From contig JBIOUD010000150.1 in the NCBI GenBank assembly GCA_044866725.1, positions 1 to 39,978 on the forward strand: 39,978 bases of DNA. The letters run 5' to 3'. The DNA is from Candidatus Limnocylindria bacterium. GTDB taxonomy: Bacteria; Chloroflexota; Limnocylindria; P2-11E. Positions 1-6,531 of the stretch are shown here, piece after piece (position 1 is the first letter of the stretch; each line of letters starts with the position of its first letter). The notes beneath the pieces were generated by a model. That model had not been told where the DNA came from. It saw only the letters and a list, made by a program, of their open reading frames with translations, and searched no databases. A program made the translations under genes and the position numbers.

Positions 1-444
1 CGTGTCCGCGATCGCGCGCGCGATCGCGTCCGCATCGAGGCCGATGACGGCGAGCATCCCGCCCGATGGATCCGCCTCCTGCATGAGCTCGCCGCGCTTT
101 CGCACAAGACGTGACGCGTCGGCGAGCGAGAGCGCACCGCCGGCGACGAGCGCGCTGAACTCGCCGAGTGAGAGGCCGAGAAGCGCCACGGGTCCAGCGA
201 GCGGCCCCGCCTCCTGCGCCGCACGCAGTGCCGCGATCGACGCGGTGAGGAGCGCGGGCTGCGTGTTCGCGGTCTGATCGAGCTCGGCCTGCGGTCCGTC
301 CCACGCGAGCTTCTTCAGATCGAGCGAGATCGCCTCGGAGGCTTCGTCGAACGCGTGCATCGCGCTCGCGTATCGCTCAGCGAGCTCGCGGCCCATGCCG
401 ACGACCTGTGATCCCTGTCCGGGGAAGAGCCACGCGACGCCCAT
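1..444 (-). CDS. fabD: Malonyl-CoA:ACP transacylase, N-terminal 148 codons (runs off window start)
   Basis: Absent from the ORF track because it has no stop in the window. Minus-strand translation from ATG 444-442 gives MGVAWLFPGQGSQVVGMGRELAERY...NTQPALLTASIAALRA...LLGLSLGEFSALVAGG...RKRGELMQEA. This contains the GQGSQ and G-x-S-L-G-E acyltransferase motifs and stays in frame to base 1. Confidence 0.85.
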   Translation of the reverse strand, partial: MGVAWLFPGQGSQVVGMGRELAERYASAMHAFDEASEAISLDLKKLAWDGPQAELDQTANTQPALLTASIAALRAAQEAGPLAGPVALLGLSLGEFSALVAGGALSLADASRLVRKRGELMQEADPSGGMLAVIGLDADAIARAIADT

Positions 445-480
445 GGAGCGGGGAGTCTAGTCGGAGCGGGGAGTCTAGTC
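445..480. repeat. Perfect 18-bp tandem duplication (ggagcggggagtctagtc x2)
   Basis: Read directly: 445-462 and 463-480 are identical. The second copy contains the TAG stop (475-477 complement) of the methyltransferase. The first copy abuts the fabD ATG. Confidence 0.95.
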
Positions 481-1950
481 CGGGACGAGGAGCGCTCGGA
501 TCAGGCAGTCGCGGACGAAAGACGTCACGAGGGGACGGACCTCGGAGATCGGCCGTTCCATCGCCGTCGCGAAACGTTCGATCGTCGAAGCGACGGACGA
601 CTCCGCCGCGAGCAAGTCGAAGATCACCGCGCCCGCCTGCGTGAGCTCACGATCGAGCGCGACGCTCGGCGACGCGAAGCGGATCGACCGCACGTCTGCG
701 TCACGCGACGCGCCGGGCGTACGCTCGATATTCATCATCGCCCCCTCGCGTGGACGAACGCGTGCGTTCGCGATCGCGTCATCGCCGGCCTCGGCGATGT
801 CGATCCCCCGGATGAAGGCGCGCGCTTCGTCCCACCGATCGGGAAAACGCGGGACGACGAGCGACATCGTCCAGCCCTCGTACGCGGCGTCCCCCGCTGC
901 GCGCGCGATGACCATCGTGTGCGTGACCTCGTCGATGTGCTCGCGGGCAAGATGCTCGCGGTAGCGCACCGCGCTCTCGCGATAGCGCGCGCCGAAAGTG
1001 GGATCGGCGAGCGCCGCGTAGCCGAGCGCCTGGCGATCGGTGCCGAGGCCGGGCTCGCTGAACACGACGACGTCGGGTCCATCGCCGAGCGCCGTGCGGA
1101 CGCGCTCGTGGACCGCGGCACGCGGACGCACGGGCGAGTCGAACAGCGCGAGCCCGATCCCCCGCGGACGGAGGTGCTCCGGGAGTCCCTCGAGGTAGCG
1201 GAACGCGAGCTCGTCGCCCTTGGTCCCACCGTGCAGGAAGGTGACGCCCGGCTCGTCGCCCGGCCTGGTGACATACGGCGGCTGCGCGACGATCCAATCG
1301 AAGCGCTGCCCGGTGACGGGTGCGAACATGTCGCCACCGCGGATCTCGATCTGGAGCTCGTTGAAGGCCGCGTTGAAGCGCGCCAGCTCGAGCGCGCGCT
1401 CGCTGATGTCCGTCGCGACGACGCGGTCCGCGCCCCTGCGCTTCGCCACGAGCGCGATCGATCCAGGCCCCGTCCCGACATCCAGCACACTTCCGCTGAT
1501 CGGCCGCGGCACCACGGCGAGCAGGTCGCCCGTGGTCGGTCCGGGCGTCATGACGGCCTCGGCTCCCGCCGCGTGGTCGTCGCACCAGATGAAGACGCCG
1601 TCGGCCGTGACCATGCGGAACGCCGACCGCAGCGACCCGTCCTCCTCGCGGAGGATGCCCGCATCGACGAGCCACGAGCGCAGCTGCTTTCCGAGCGCGC
1701 GATCGACGACGTCGGCCGGTACAGCGACCAGATGGAGGAATAGGAGGGCGAGACCGGCGGCGGGATGTGTATCGCGCCGGAGCGCCCACTCCACGAGCGG
1801 GACGCGCAGCTCTTCGGGCATGAACGTGCCGCCCTGCGTCTCGACCGGCAACGGAGTGCGGGTGTCGAACTTCGCGGCGAGGACGCGCCCGCGAAACTCG
1901 GCCGCGCGCTCGCGCGTCATCACGCCGAGACGCGAGAGATCACCGAGCAT
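475..1950 (-). CDS. Class I SAM-dependent methyltransferase (PrmC/HemK-like QPPY motif) with long N- and C-terminal extensions
   Basis: 491-aa ORF. It has the SAM motif VLDVGTGPGSIAL, the acidic loop VVATDIS and IVAQPPY (an NPPY-type motif). The C-terminal ~60 aa resemble a PqqD/RRE-like winged helix (see findings). Confidence 0.75.
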   Translation of the reverse strand: MLGDLSRLGVMTRERAAEFRGRVLAAKFDTRTPLPVETQGGTFMPEELRVPLVEWALRRDTHPAAGLALLFLHLVAVPADVVDRALGKQLRSWLVDAGILREEDGSLRSAFRMVTADGVFIWCDDHAAGAEAVMTPGPTTGDLLAVVPRPISGSVLDVGTGPGSIALVAKRRGADRVVATDISERALELARFNAAFNELQIEIRGGDMFAPVTGQRFDWIVAQPPYVTRPGDEPGVTFLHGGTKGDELAFRYLEGLPEHLRPRGIGLALFDSPVRPRAAVHERVRTALGDGPDVVVFSEPGLGTDRQALGYAALADPTFGARYRESAVRYREHLAREHIDEVTHTMVIARAAGDAAYEGWTMSLVVPRFPDRWDEARAFIRGIDIAEAGDDAIANARVRPREGAMMNIERTPGASRDADVRSIRFASPSVALDRELTQAGAVIFDLLAAESSVASTIERFATAMERPISEVRPLVTSFVRDCLIRALLVPD

Positions 1951-2033
1951 CGAAACTCCTTTGCTCAGTTGGCGACAGGTCGACCATGCGCTACGTTAGC
2001 CGTCGCCGTCGGGGGACGGAGGAGGTGGGATAG

Positions 2034-2783
2034 ATGGACAGCGCACGACCGGATCGTGACGCGCTCGAGATGGAGCTCGCGGAGCTCCGCACAAAGCTGA
2101 AGACGCAGGGGGATGAGCTCGACGCGCTTCGCGCGCAGCTCGCTCCGGCGAGCGGGCCGACGCGCCGCGATCTGCTCCGCGCAGGCGGACTCGTCGGGGC
2201 GGGTCTCGCGGCGCTCACGGTGGCGGGGGTCGCGGGCGCGACGCCGCAGCCTGCGGCTGCCATCGAAGGTCACAACCTTCGGATGAGGGGTGGCCTGTTC
2301 ATCTACCTCACGCTCAAGGGTCAGAAGCAGGGCGACATCAAGGGAAGCGTCACGCAAAAGGGTCGGGAGAACTCGATCCAGGTGCAGTACCTCCAGAGCA
2401 AGATCGTGAGCCCGCGTGATGCCGCGTCCGGCCTGCCGACGGGCAAGCGCCAGCACGAGCCGCTCGTGTGGCGGAAGACCGTCGACAAGAGCACCCCGCT
2501 CCTCCTGAGCGCGCTCGTGAACAACGAGAACATCACCGAGGCCCACTTCAAGTTCTGGAAGCCGTCGCTGACGGGTGCGGAGACCCAGTACTTCACGATC
2601 GATCTCACCAACGCGAGCCTGGCAAGCTCCGACCTGTACCACCCGGACTCCTTCGACTCGACGGCCCCGTCCGCCGGCTCGAGCGACCTCGAGGAATGGT
2701 CGTTCACGTACCAGAAGATCAGATGGACCTTCACCGACGGCGGCATCACTGCCGAGGACGACTGGGAGTCGCCGGTCGTCTAG
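2034..2783 (+). CDS. Hcp/TssD-family (T6SS tube fold) protein with an N-terminal coiled-coil-like segment and a twin-arginine signal
   Basis: A strong SD (ggaggaggtggg, 2018-2029) precedes ATG 2034. The Tat-like signal is TRRDLLRAGGLVGAGLAALTVAGVAGA-T. Residues ~86-249 follow the Hcp pattern (GLPTGKRQHEPLVWRKTVDKSTPLLLSALVNNENITEAHFKFWKP...ETQYFTIDLTNASL...WSFTYQKIRWTFTDGGITAEDDW). The alternative internal start ATG 2283 would give a signal-less 166-aa Hcp. In the 83 upstream codons, 66 end in G/C by my count, which supports the long form. Confidence 0.8.
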   Translation: MDSARPDRDALEMELAELRTKLKTQGDELDALRAQLAPASGPTRRDLLRAGGLVGAGLAALTVAGVAGATPQPAAAIEGHNLRMRGGLFIYLTLKGQKQGDIKGSVTQKGRENSIQVQYLQSKIVSPRDAASGLPTGKRQHEPLVWRKTVDKSTPLLLSALVNNENITEAHFKFWKPSLTGAETQYFTIDLTNASLASSDLYHPDSFDSTAPSAGSSDLEEWSFTYQKIRWTFTDGGITAEDDWESPVV

Positions 2784-2820
2784 CCCGCGCCTTTTCGTGA
2801 CAGTTCGCAATGGGTGGAAG

Positions 2821-5800
2821 GTGAGGGCTCTCGTCCTGAAGATCGGTACGCGCGCGCAACAGAGAGGCATCGCGGCGATCGTCGTCGCGTTCCTCATCGT
2901 CGGCATCGCCGTCGCTCCGGCGGAGTCGGCCGCGGCGACGCGCAACCGCGGGTACTGGATCGCTGGACAGAACGCCCAGGTCTTCGCCTTCGGCGACGGC
3001 TCCGTCCATCCGCAGATCGACCTCCGTCTCGTGCGCGCCCAGATCGTCGACATGGCTGCGCATCCGGATGGGCGAGGCTACTGGCTCCTCGGCCAGGACG
3101 GCGCTGTGTACCCGCACGGCGACGCGCGCGACTTCGGTCAGGGCGGCTTGAGCGATCAGAGCGCGGTCGCGATCGCGTCGACACCGACCGGCGACGGCTA
3201 CTACATCGCGAGCGACAAGGGCGGCGTGAAGGCCTTCGGCGATGCGGTGGACCGCGGTTCGCTGGACAAGAAGGACCTGAGGAAGAGGATCGTCGACATC
3301 GCGGTCACGCCGAGCGGCAACGGCTACTGGCTCGTGGACGAGAGCGGACACATGAATGTCTTTGGCGACGCCGGCCTTTTCGGCTCCCTCGACGGGAAGA
3401 AGATCGTCGCGATGGCCTCGACGCCAAGCGGCAATGGCTACTGGCTCGTCGACGACGGCGGGCAGGTGTGGACCTTCGGTGGCGCGTTCGTGCTGGGCTC
3501 CCTCAACGACCCCGCCAAGAAGGTCGTGGACATCACACCGACGCACACCGGCCGCGGCTACTGGATCGTCGACCGCGACGGTCTCGTGTTCGCATTCGGC
3601 GACGCCGTGCACTACGGCGAGCTCGCGACGGGCGACCTGAAGAATGGGCTCATCGTCGCGATCGTCTCGACGCCGTTCGTGAACCGCGCCCCGGTGGCGA
3701 CCACGGACAGCGTCGCGCTCGACGAGGACATGACGATCGACGTCGACGTGCTTGCGAACGACACCGATGAGGACGGCGATCCGCTCACCGCGACCGTGCT
3801 GACGCAGCCGGCGCACGGGGCCGCGACGCTGAACGGGGACGGCACGATCCGCTACGCGCCGGCGCAGGACTACAACGGCCCCGATTCCTTCACGTACACG
3901 GTCAGCGACCCGTTCGGCGGTAGCGCTGTCGGCACGGTCCACGTCACGGTGCGGCCGGTGAACGACGCGCCCGTTGCGACGGATGACACGTTCTCGACCG
4001 ACGAGGACGCGCCGCTCACGGGGTCGCTCGTCGCGAACGACACCGATGTCGACGGCGACCCGCTCACCGCCGTCCTCGAGACGCTTCCGGCACACGGAGG
4101 CGTCGTGCTCGGCACCGGTGGGGCATTCACTTACACGCCGGGGCCGGACTTCAACGGCGATGACTCATTCAGCTACCGCGCGTCGGACGGACTGCTCACG
4201 TCGAACATCGCGACCGTGCGCATTCACGTGAATCCGGTGAACGACGCACCGGTCGCTCAGCCTGACACCGCGTCGCTCGACGAGGACACCACGCTCACCG
4301 TGACGCCCCCGGGCGTCCTCTCGAACGACAGTGACGTCGATGGGGACGCGCTGCACGCCGTGCTCGCGAGCGGCGCGTCCCACGGCTCGCTCACGCTCGC
4401 GCCGAACGGCGGCTACACGTACACGCCGAACGCGAACTACAACGGCGCCGACGCGTTCACGTACCGCGCGAGCGACGGCGCGCTCGACTCGGGCAACGTG
4501 ACGGTCGCGCTCACGATCCGGCCGGTGAACGACGTGCCCGTCGCGGCGCTCGACACCTACAACGTCACCGAGGACACGGCGCTCGTTGTCGGCGCTCCCG
4601 GCGTCCTTGCGAACGACACCGACGTCGACGGCGACCCGCTGGCCGCCGAGCTCGTGACCGCCCCGACGCACGGCACGCTCACGCTCATGCCCGACGGCAG
4701 CTTCAGCTACGTGCCCGCGGCGAACTTCAACGGGACCGACGTGTTCGTCTACCGCGCGCGGGACGCCGTCTCCGCGTCGGCCGCCACGGCTGCCACGATC
4801 CACGTCGCGGCCGTGAACGACCCACCCGACACGACGGACGACGAGTACCGTGCGCTCGAGGAGACGACGCTCACTGTGGCCGCGCCCGGCGTGCTCGCGA
4901 ACGACAACGACGTCGACAGCCCGACGATGACGGCCACCCTCGGCACCGGTCCGGCGCACGGCGACCTCACGTTCGCGTCGGACGGGTCTTTCGAGTACGT
5001 GCCCGATGCGAACTTCTCCGGCACAGACACATTCACGTACGTCGCGACGGACGGCCTTCGCGCTTCGCGCGAGACCACGGTCGTCATCCTCGTCCAGGGC
5101 GTGAACGATGCTCCTGCGGCGCTGCCCGACGCGTACACGACGGATGAGGACACGTTGCTGCTCGTGGGTGCGCCCGGTGTCATGACGAACGACTCCGACC
5201 CGGACGGCGACACGCTCACCGTCCGACTGGCGGACCGGCCGCTCCACGGTGATGTCGCGCTGCTGCCCGACGGGACGCTCGAGTACATGCCCGACGCGAA
5301 CTTCAACGGCACCGACAGCTTCACGTACGACCTCAGCGATGGCGACGAGACGGTGTTCGGCACGACCGTGACGATCACGGTGACGGCGGTGACGGACCCT
5401 CCGACGGCGAGCGACGACTCATATGCGACGCGGGTCGGCGAGACGCTGTCGGTCGCGGCGCCCGGCGTGCTGGTGAACGACTTCAGCGACGGCGGCGACC
5501 TCACCGCGATCCTGGTGACGGGCCCGGCGCACGGGACGCTGACGCTGAACGGCAGCGGTTCCTTCACGTACACGACGAACCTGGCCGCGGCCGGAAGCGA
5601 CTCGTTCACCTACAAGGTCACCGATGGCGTGGCCGAGTCCGCGCCCGCGACGGTGCACGTCTCAGTGAGCGCGCAGAGTGGCGGTGGTGGCGGTGGCGGC
5701 GGGACGTTCGGCGGGTACGCGCAGCCGACGCTCGTCGTGTGGGACTTCGACAGCTTGAAGCTCGGTGGTGCCGGTGACCTCAAGACGAAGAAGGGCCAGG

Positions 5801-5910
5801 TCAAGAACGGGTACTACCTGCCCAACCGCGGCGAGCGCGGACGCGACTCGTTCGACTACGGCGGCCGCCACTACGAGGTCGACATCATCAGCGACATCTG
5901 GGGCGACTAG
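2821..5910 (+). CDS. Large secreted/surface repeat protein: signal peptide, ~6-blade GYW beta-propeller-like region, 7 tandem ~95-aa cadherin/VCBS-like repeats, Gly8 linker, unknown 68-aa C-terminal domain
   Basis: The ORF-track entry 2575..5910 overlaps the Hcp gene. In-frame GTG 2821 (preceded by gggtggaag) or GTG 2797 lies after the Hcp stop. The N-terminus RGIAAIVVAFLIVGIAVAPAESAAA looks like a signal or anchor. The VNDAPVA...DED..L.V...GVLANDTDVDGDPLTA...P.HG.L.L..DGSF.Y.P...FNG.D.F.Y...D unit repeats seven times. Confidence 0.85.
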   Translation: MRALVLKIGTRAQQRGIAAIVVAFLIVGIAVAPAESAAATRNRGYWIAGQNAQVFAFGDGSVHPQIDLRLVRAQIVDMAAHPDGRGYWLLGQDGAVYPHGDARDFGQGGLSDQSAVAIASTPTGDGYYIASDKGGVKAFGDAVDRGSLDKKDLRKRIVDIAVTPSGNGYWLVDESGHMNVFGDAGLFGSLDGKKIVAMASTPSGNGYWLVDDGGQVWTFGGAFVLGSLNDPAKKVVDITPTHTGRGYWIVDRDGLVFAFGDAVHYGELATGDLKNGLIVAIVSTPFVNRAPVATTDSVALDEDMTIDVDVLANDTDEDGDPLTATVLTQPAHGAATLNGDGTIRYAPAQDYNGPDSFTYTVSDPFGGSAVGTVHVTVRPVNDAPVATDDTFSTDEDAPLTGSLVANDTDVDGDPLTAVLETLPAHGGVVLGTGGAFTYTPGPDFNGDDSFSYRASDGLLTSNIATVRIHVNPVNDAPVAQPDTASLDEDTTLTVTPPGVLSNDSDVDGDALHAVLASGASHGSLTLAPNGGYTYTPNANYNGADAFTYRASDGALDSGNVTVALTIRPVNDVPVAALDTYNVTEDTALVVGAPGVLANDTDVDGDPLAAELVTAPTHGTLTLMPDGSFSYVPAANFNGTDVFVYRARDAVSASAATAATIHVAAVNDPPDTTDDEYRALEETTLTVAAPGVLANDNDVDSPTMTATLGTGPAHGDLTFASDGSFEYVPDANFSGTDTFTYVATDGLRASRETTVVILVQGVNDAPAALPDAYTTDEDTLLLVGAPGVMTNDSDPDGDTLTVRLADRPLHGDVALLPDGTLEYMPDANFNGTDSFTYDLSDGDETVFGTTVTITVTAVTDPPTASDDSYATRVGETLSVAAPGVLVNDFSDGGDLTAILVTGPAHGTLTLNGSGSFTYTTNLAAAGSDSFTYKVTDGVAESAPATVHVSVSAQSGGGGGGGGTFGGYAQPTLVVWDFDSLKLGGAGDLKTKKGQVKNGYYLPNRGERGRDSFDYGGRHYEVDIISDIWGD
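2941..3678 (+). repeat. Six protein-level ~41-45-aa repeats (G-x-GYW-[LI]-x-x-x-x-G-x-V-x-x-FGDA), beta-propeller-like
   Basis: The six repeats read RGYWIAGQNAQVFAFGDG, GRGYWLLGQDGAVYPHGDA, GDGYYIASDKGGVKAFGDA, GNGYWLVDESGHMNVFGDA, GNGYWLVDDGGQVWTFGGA and GRGYWIVDRDGLVFAFGDA. Confidence 0.75.
3679..5670 (+). repeat. Seven diverged in-frame coding tandem repeats of 279-288 bp (tandem-95 / cadherin-like Ig repeats)
   Basis: Repeat-initial GTG-AAC (VN[DR]AP, last one VTDPP) occurs at 3679, 3958, 4237, 4525, 4813, 5101 and 5389. The spacings are 279, 279, 288, 288, 288 and 288 bp. Confidence 0.9.
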
Positions 5911-5919
5911 CCCGGCACT

Positions 5920-5946
5920 GTGACGATCGCGTAACAAGCGCGTCAC
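5920..5946 (+). terminator. Candidate stem-loop after the giant gene
   Basis: The structure is gtgacg-at-cgc / gtaacaa / gcg-cgtcac, a 9-bp stem with a 2-nt bulge, 10 nt after TAG 5908-5910. No U-tract follows, so it is not a classical intrinsic terminator. Confidence 0.3.
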
Positions 5947-5986
5947 GAGGGCGCGACGCGGAACGACTTCTGCGCGACCGGCCGGC

Positions 5987-6253
5987 GTGAAGACGCAGTA
6001 CCTCTACGGACGTCCTTGGCCGGAGGCGATCGCCGGCGCCGTCTGCGGGTTCCAGATCGGCCTTGCGCTCGCGGTCGTACCGCAGCTCACGCGCCTCATC
6101 GAAGACCCCGTCACCGCACCGATCATCCTCGCGATGACCGCCGCCGCGGGTGCGGTCGCGTCGTGGTGGATCGCCGGACGGTCGATGGGCGTCGCGCGCA
6201 CGAAGCTCGAACGGCCGATGGCCCTCGACCGAGAGCGGCGCCGGGCGGCCTAG
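5987..6253 (+). CDS. Hypothetical small membrane protein (two predicted TM helices)
   Basis: 88-aa ORF with a GTG start. The hydrophobic segments are AIAGAVCGFQIGLALAVV and PIILAMTAAAGAVASWWIAG. I recognise no family. Confidence 0.45.
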   Translation: MKTQYLYGRPWPEAIAGAVCGFQIGLALAVVPQLTRLIEDPVTAPIILAMTAAAGAVASWWIAGRSMGVARTKLERPMALDRERRRAA

Positions 6254-6531
6254 CCTCGTCCACGCGGCGTCACGATGACGTCGCGGAACTCGGGGAAGTA
6301 GCGCTCGATCGTCGAGAGGCTGAACTCGCGCAGGATGCTGGTGTTCTCCTCGCGCGCGAGCAGGAACTCGATGGAGCGGCGCACGAGATCGCCCACGTCA
6401 CCGCCACCGAAGCGCTCGTGCTCGGCGCGCGTCACACGGACGCGATGCGAGGTCGTGCTCGCGGCGACGATGCGCACGTCGGCGATCCAGCCCTCGGTCT
6501 CTTTCCGGACCGTCAGTGTGACGGCCGCCAT
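6250..6531 (-). CDS. Hypothetical 93-aa protein translationally coupled to the BCCP-like gene
   Basis: ATG 6531-6529 overlaps the upstream TGA (6533-6531) as ATGA. The composition is balanced and not Arg/Pro-rich (MAAVTLTVRKETEGWIADVRIV...IEFLLAREENTSILREF). No family recognised. Confidence 0.6.
   Translation of the reverse strand: MAAVTLTVRKETEGWIADVRIVAASTTSHRVRVTRAEHERFGGGDVGDLVRRSIEFLLAREENTSILREFSLSTIERYFPEFRDVIVTPRGRG

Noticed and set aside
160-180. FabD active site reads GLSLGE instead of GHSLGE, considered as possible inactivation
   Set aside because: The catalytic Ser and the surrounding motif are intact. I recall the Leu variant occurring in functional FabD proteins of some Gram-positive bacteria, so this is most likely normal variation.
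2-277. 91-aa plus-strand ORF at the window start
   Set aside because: It is antisense to the clearly recognisable fabD N-terminus, and its Ser/Ala/Arg/Pro-rich translation has no motifs.
1965-3053. 362-aa minus-strand ORF spanning the divergent promoter and the Hcp-like gene
   Set aside because: It is Arg-rich junk-like sequence. It crosses the SD and start of the well-supported Hcp-like gene and the intergenic region.
2746-5609. Long minus-strand ORFs antisense to the giant repeat gene (2746..4095, 4165..5247, 4749..5609)
   Set aside because: They are Arg/Asp/Val/His-rich low-complexity translations that mirror the plus-strand repeats. The plus-strand frame has clear domain repeats and a signal peptide. 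These are typical shadow ORFs of GC-rich DNA.
3679-5670. Regular ~285-bp periodicity considered as a CRISPR or satellite array
   Set aside because: The repeats are in frame, have diverged, have no spacers and encode a coherent protein domain. There are no cas genes or short palindromic repeats.
5680-5703. Glycine-codon tract as a possible slipped-strand phase-variation site
   Set aside because: It is a mix of GGC, GGT and GGG codons, not a homopolymer or perfect short tandem repeat. Slippage by 3 nt would also stay in frame.
2034-6253. Calling the region a type VI secretion locus
   Set aside because: Only an Hcp-fold gene is present. There are no sheath, baseplate, spike, membrane-complex or ATPase genes anywhere in the 40 kb, so it should not be annotated as a T6SS.
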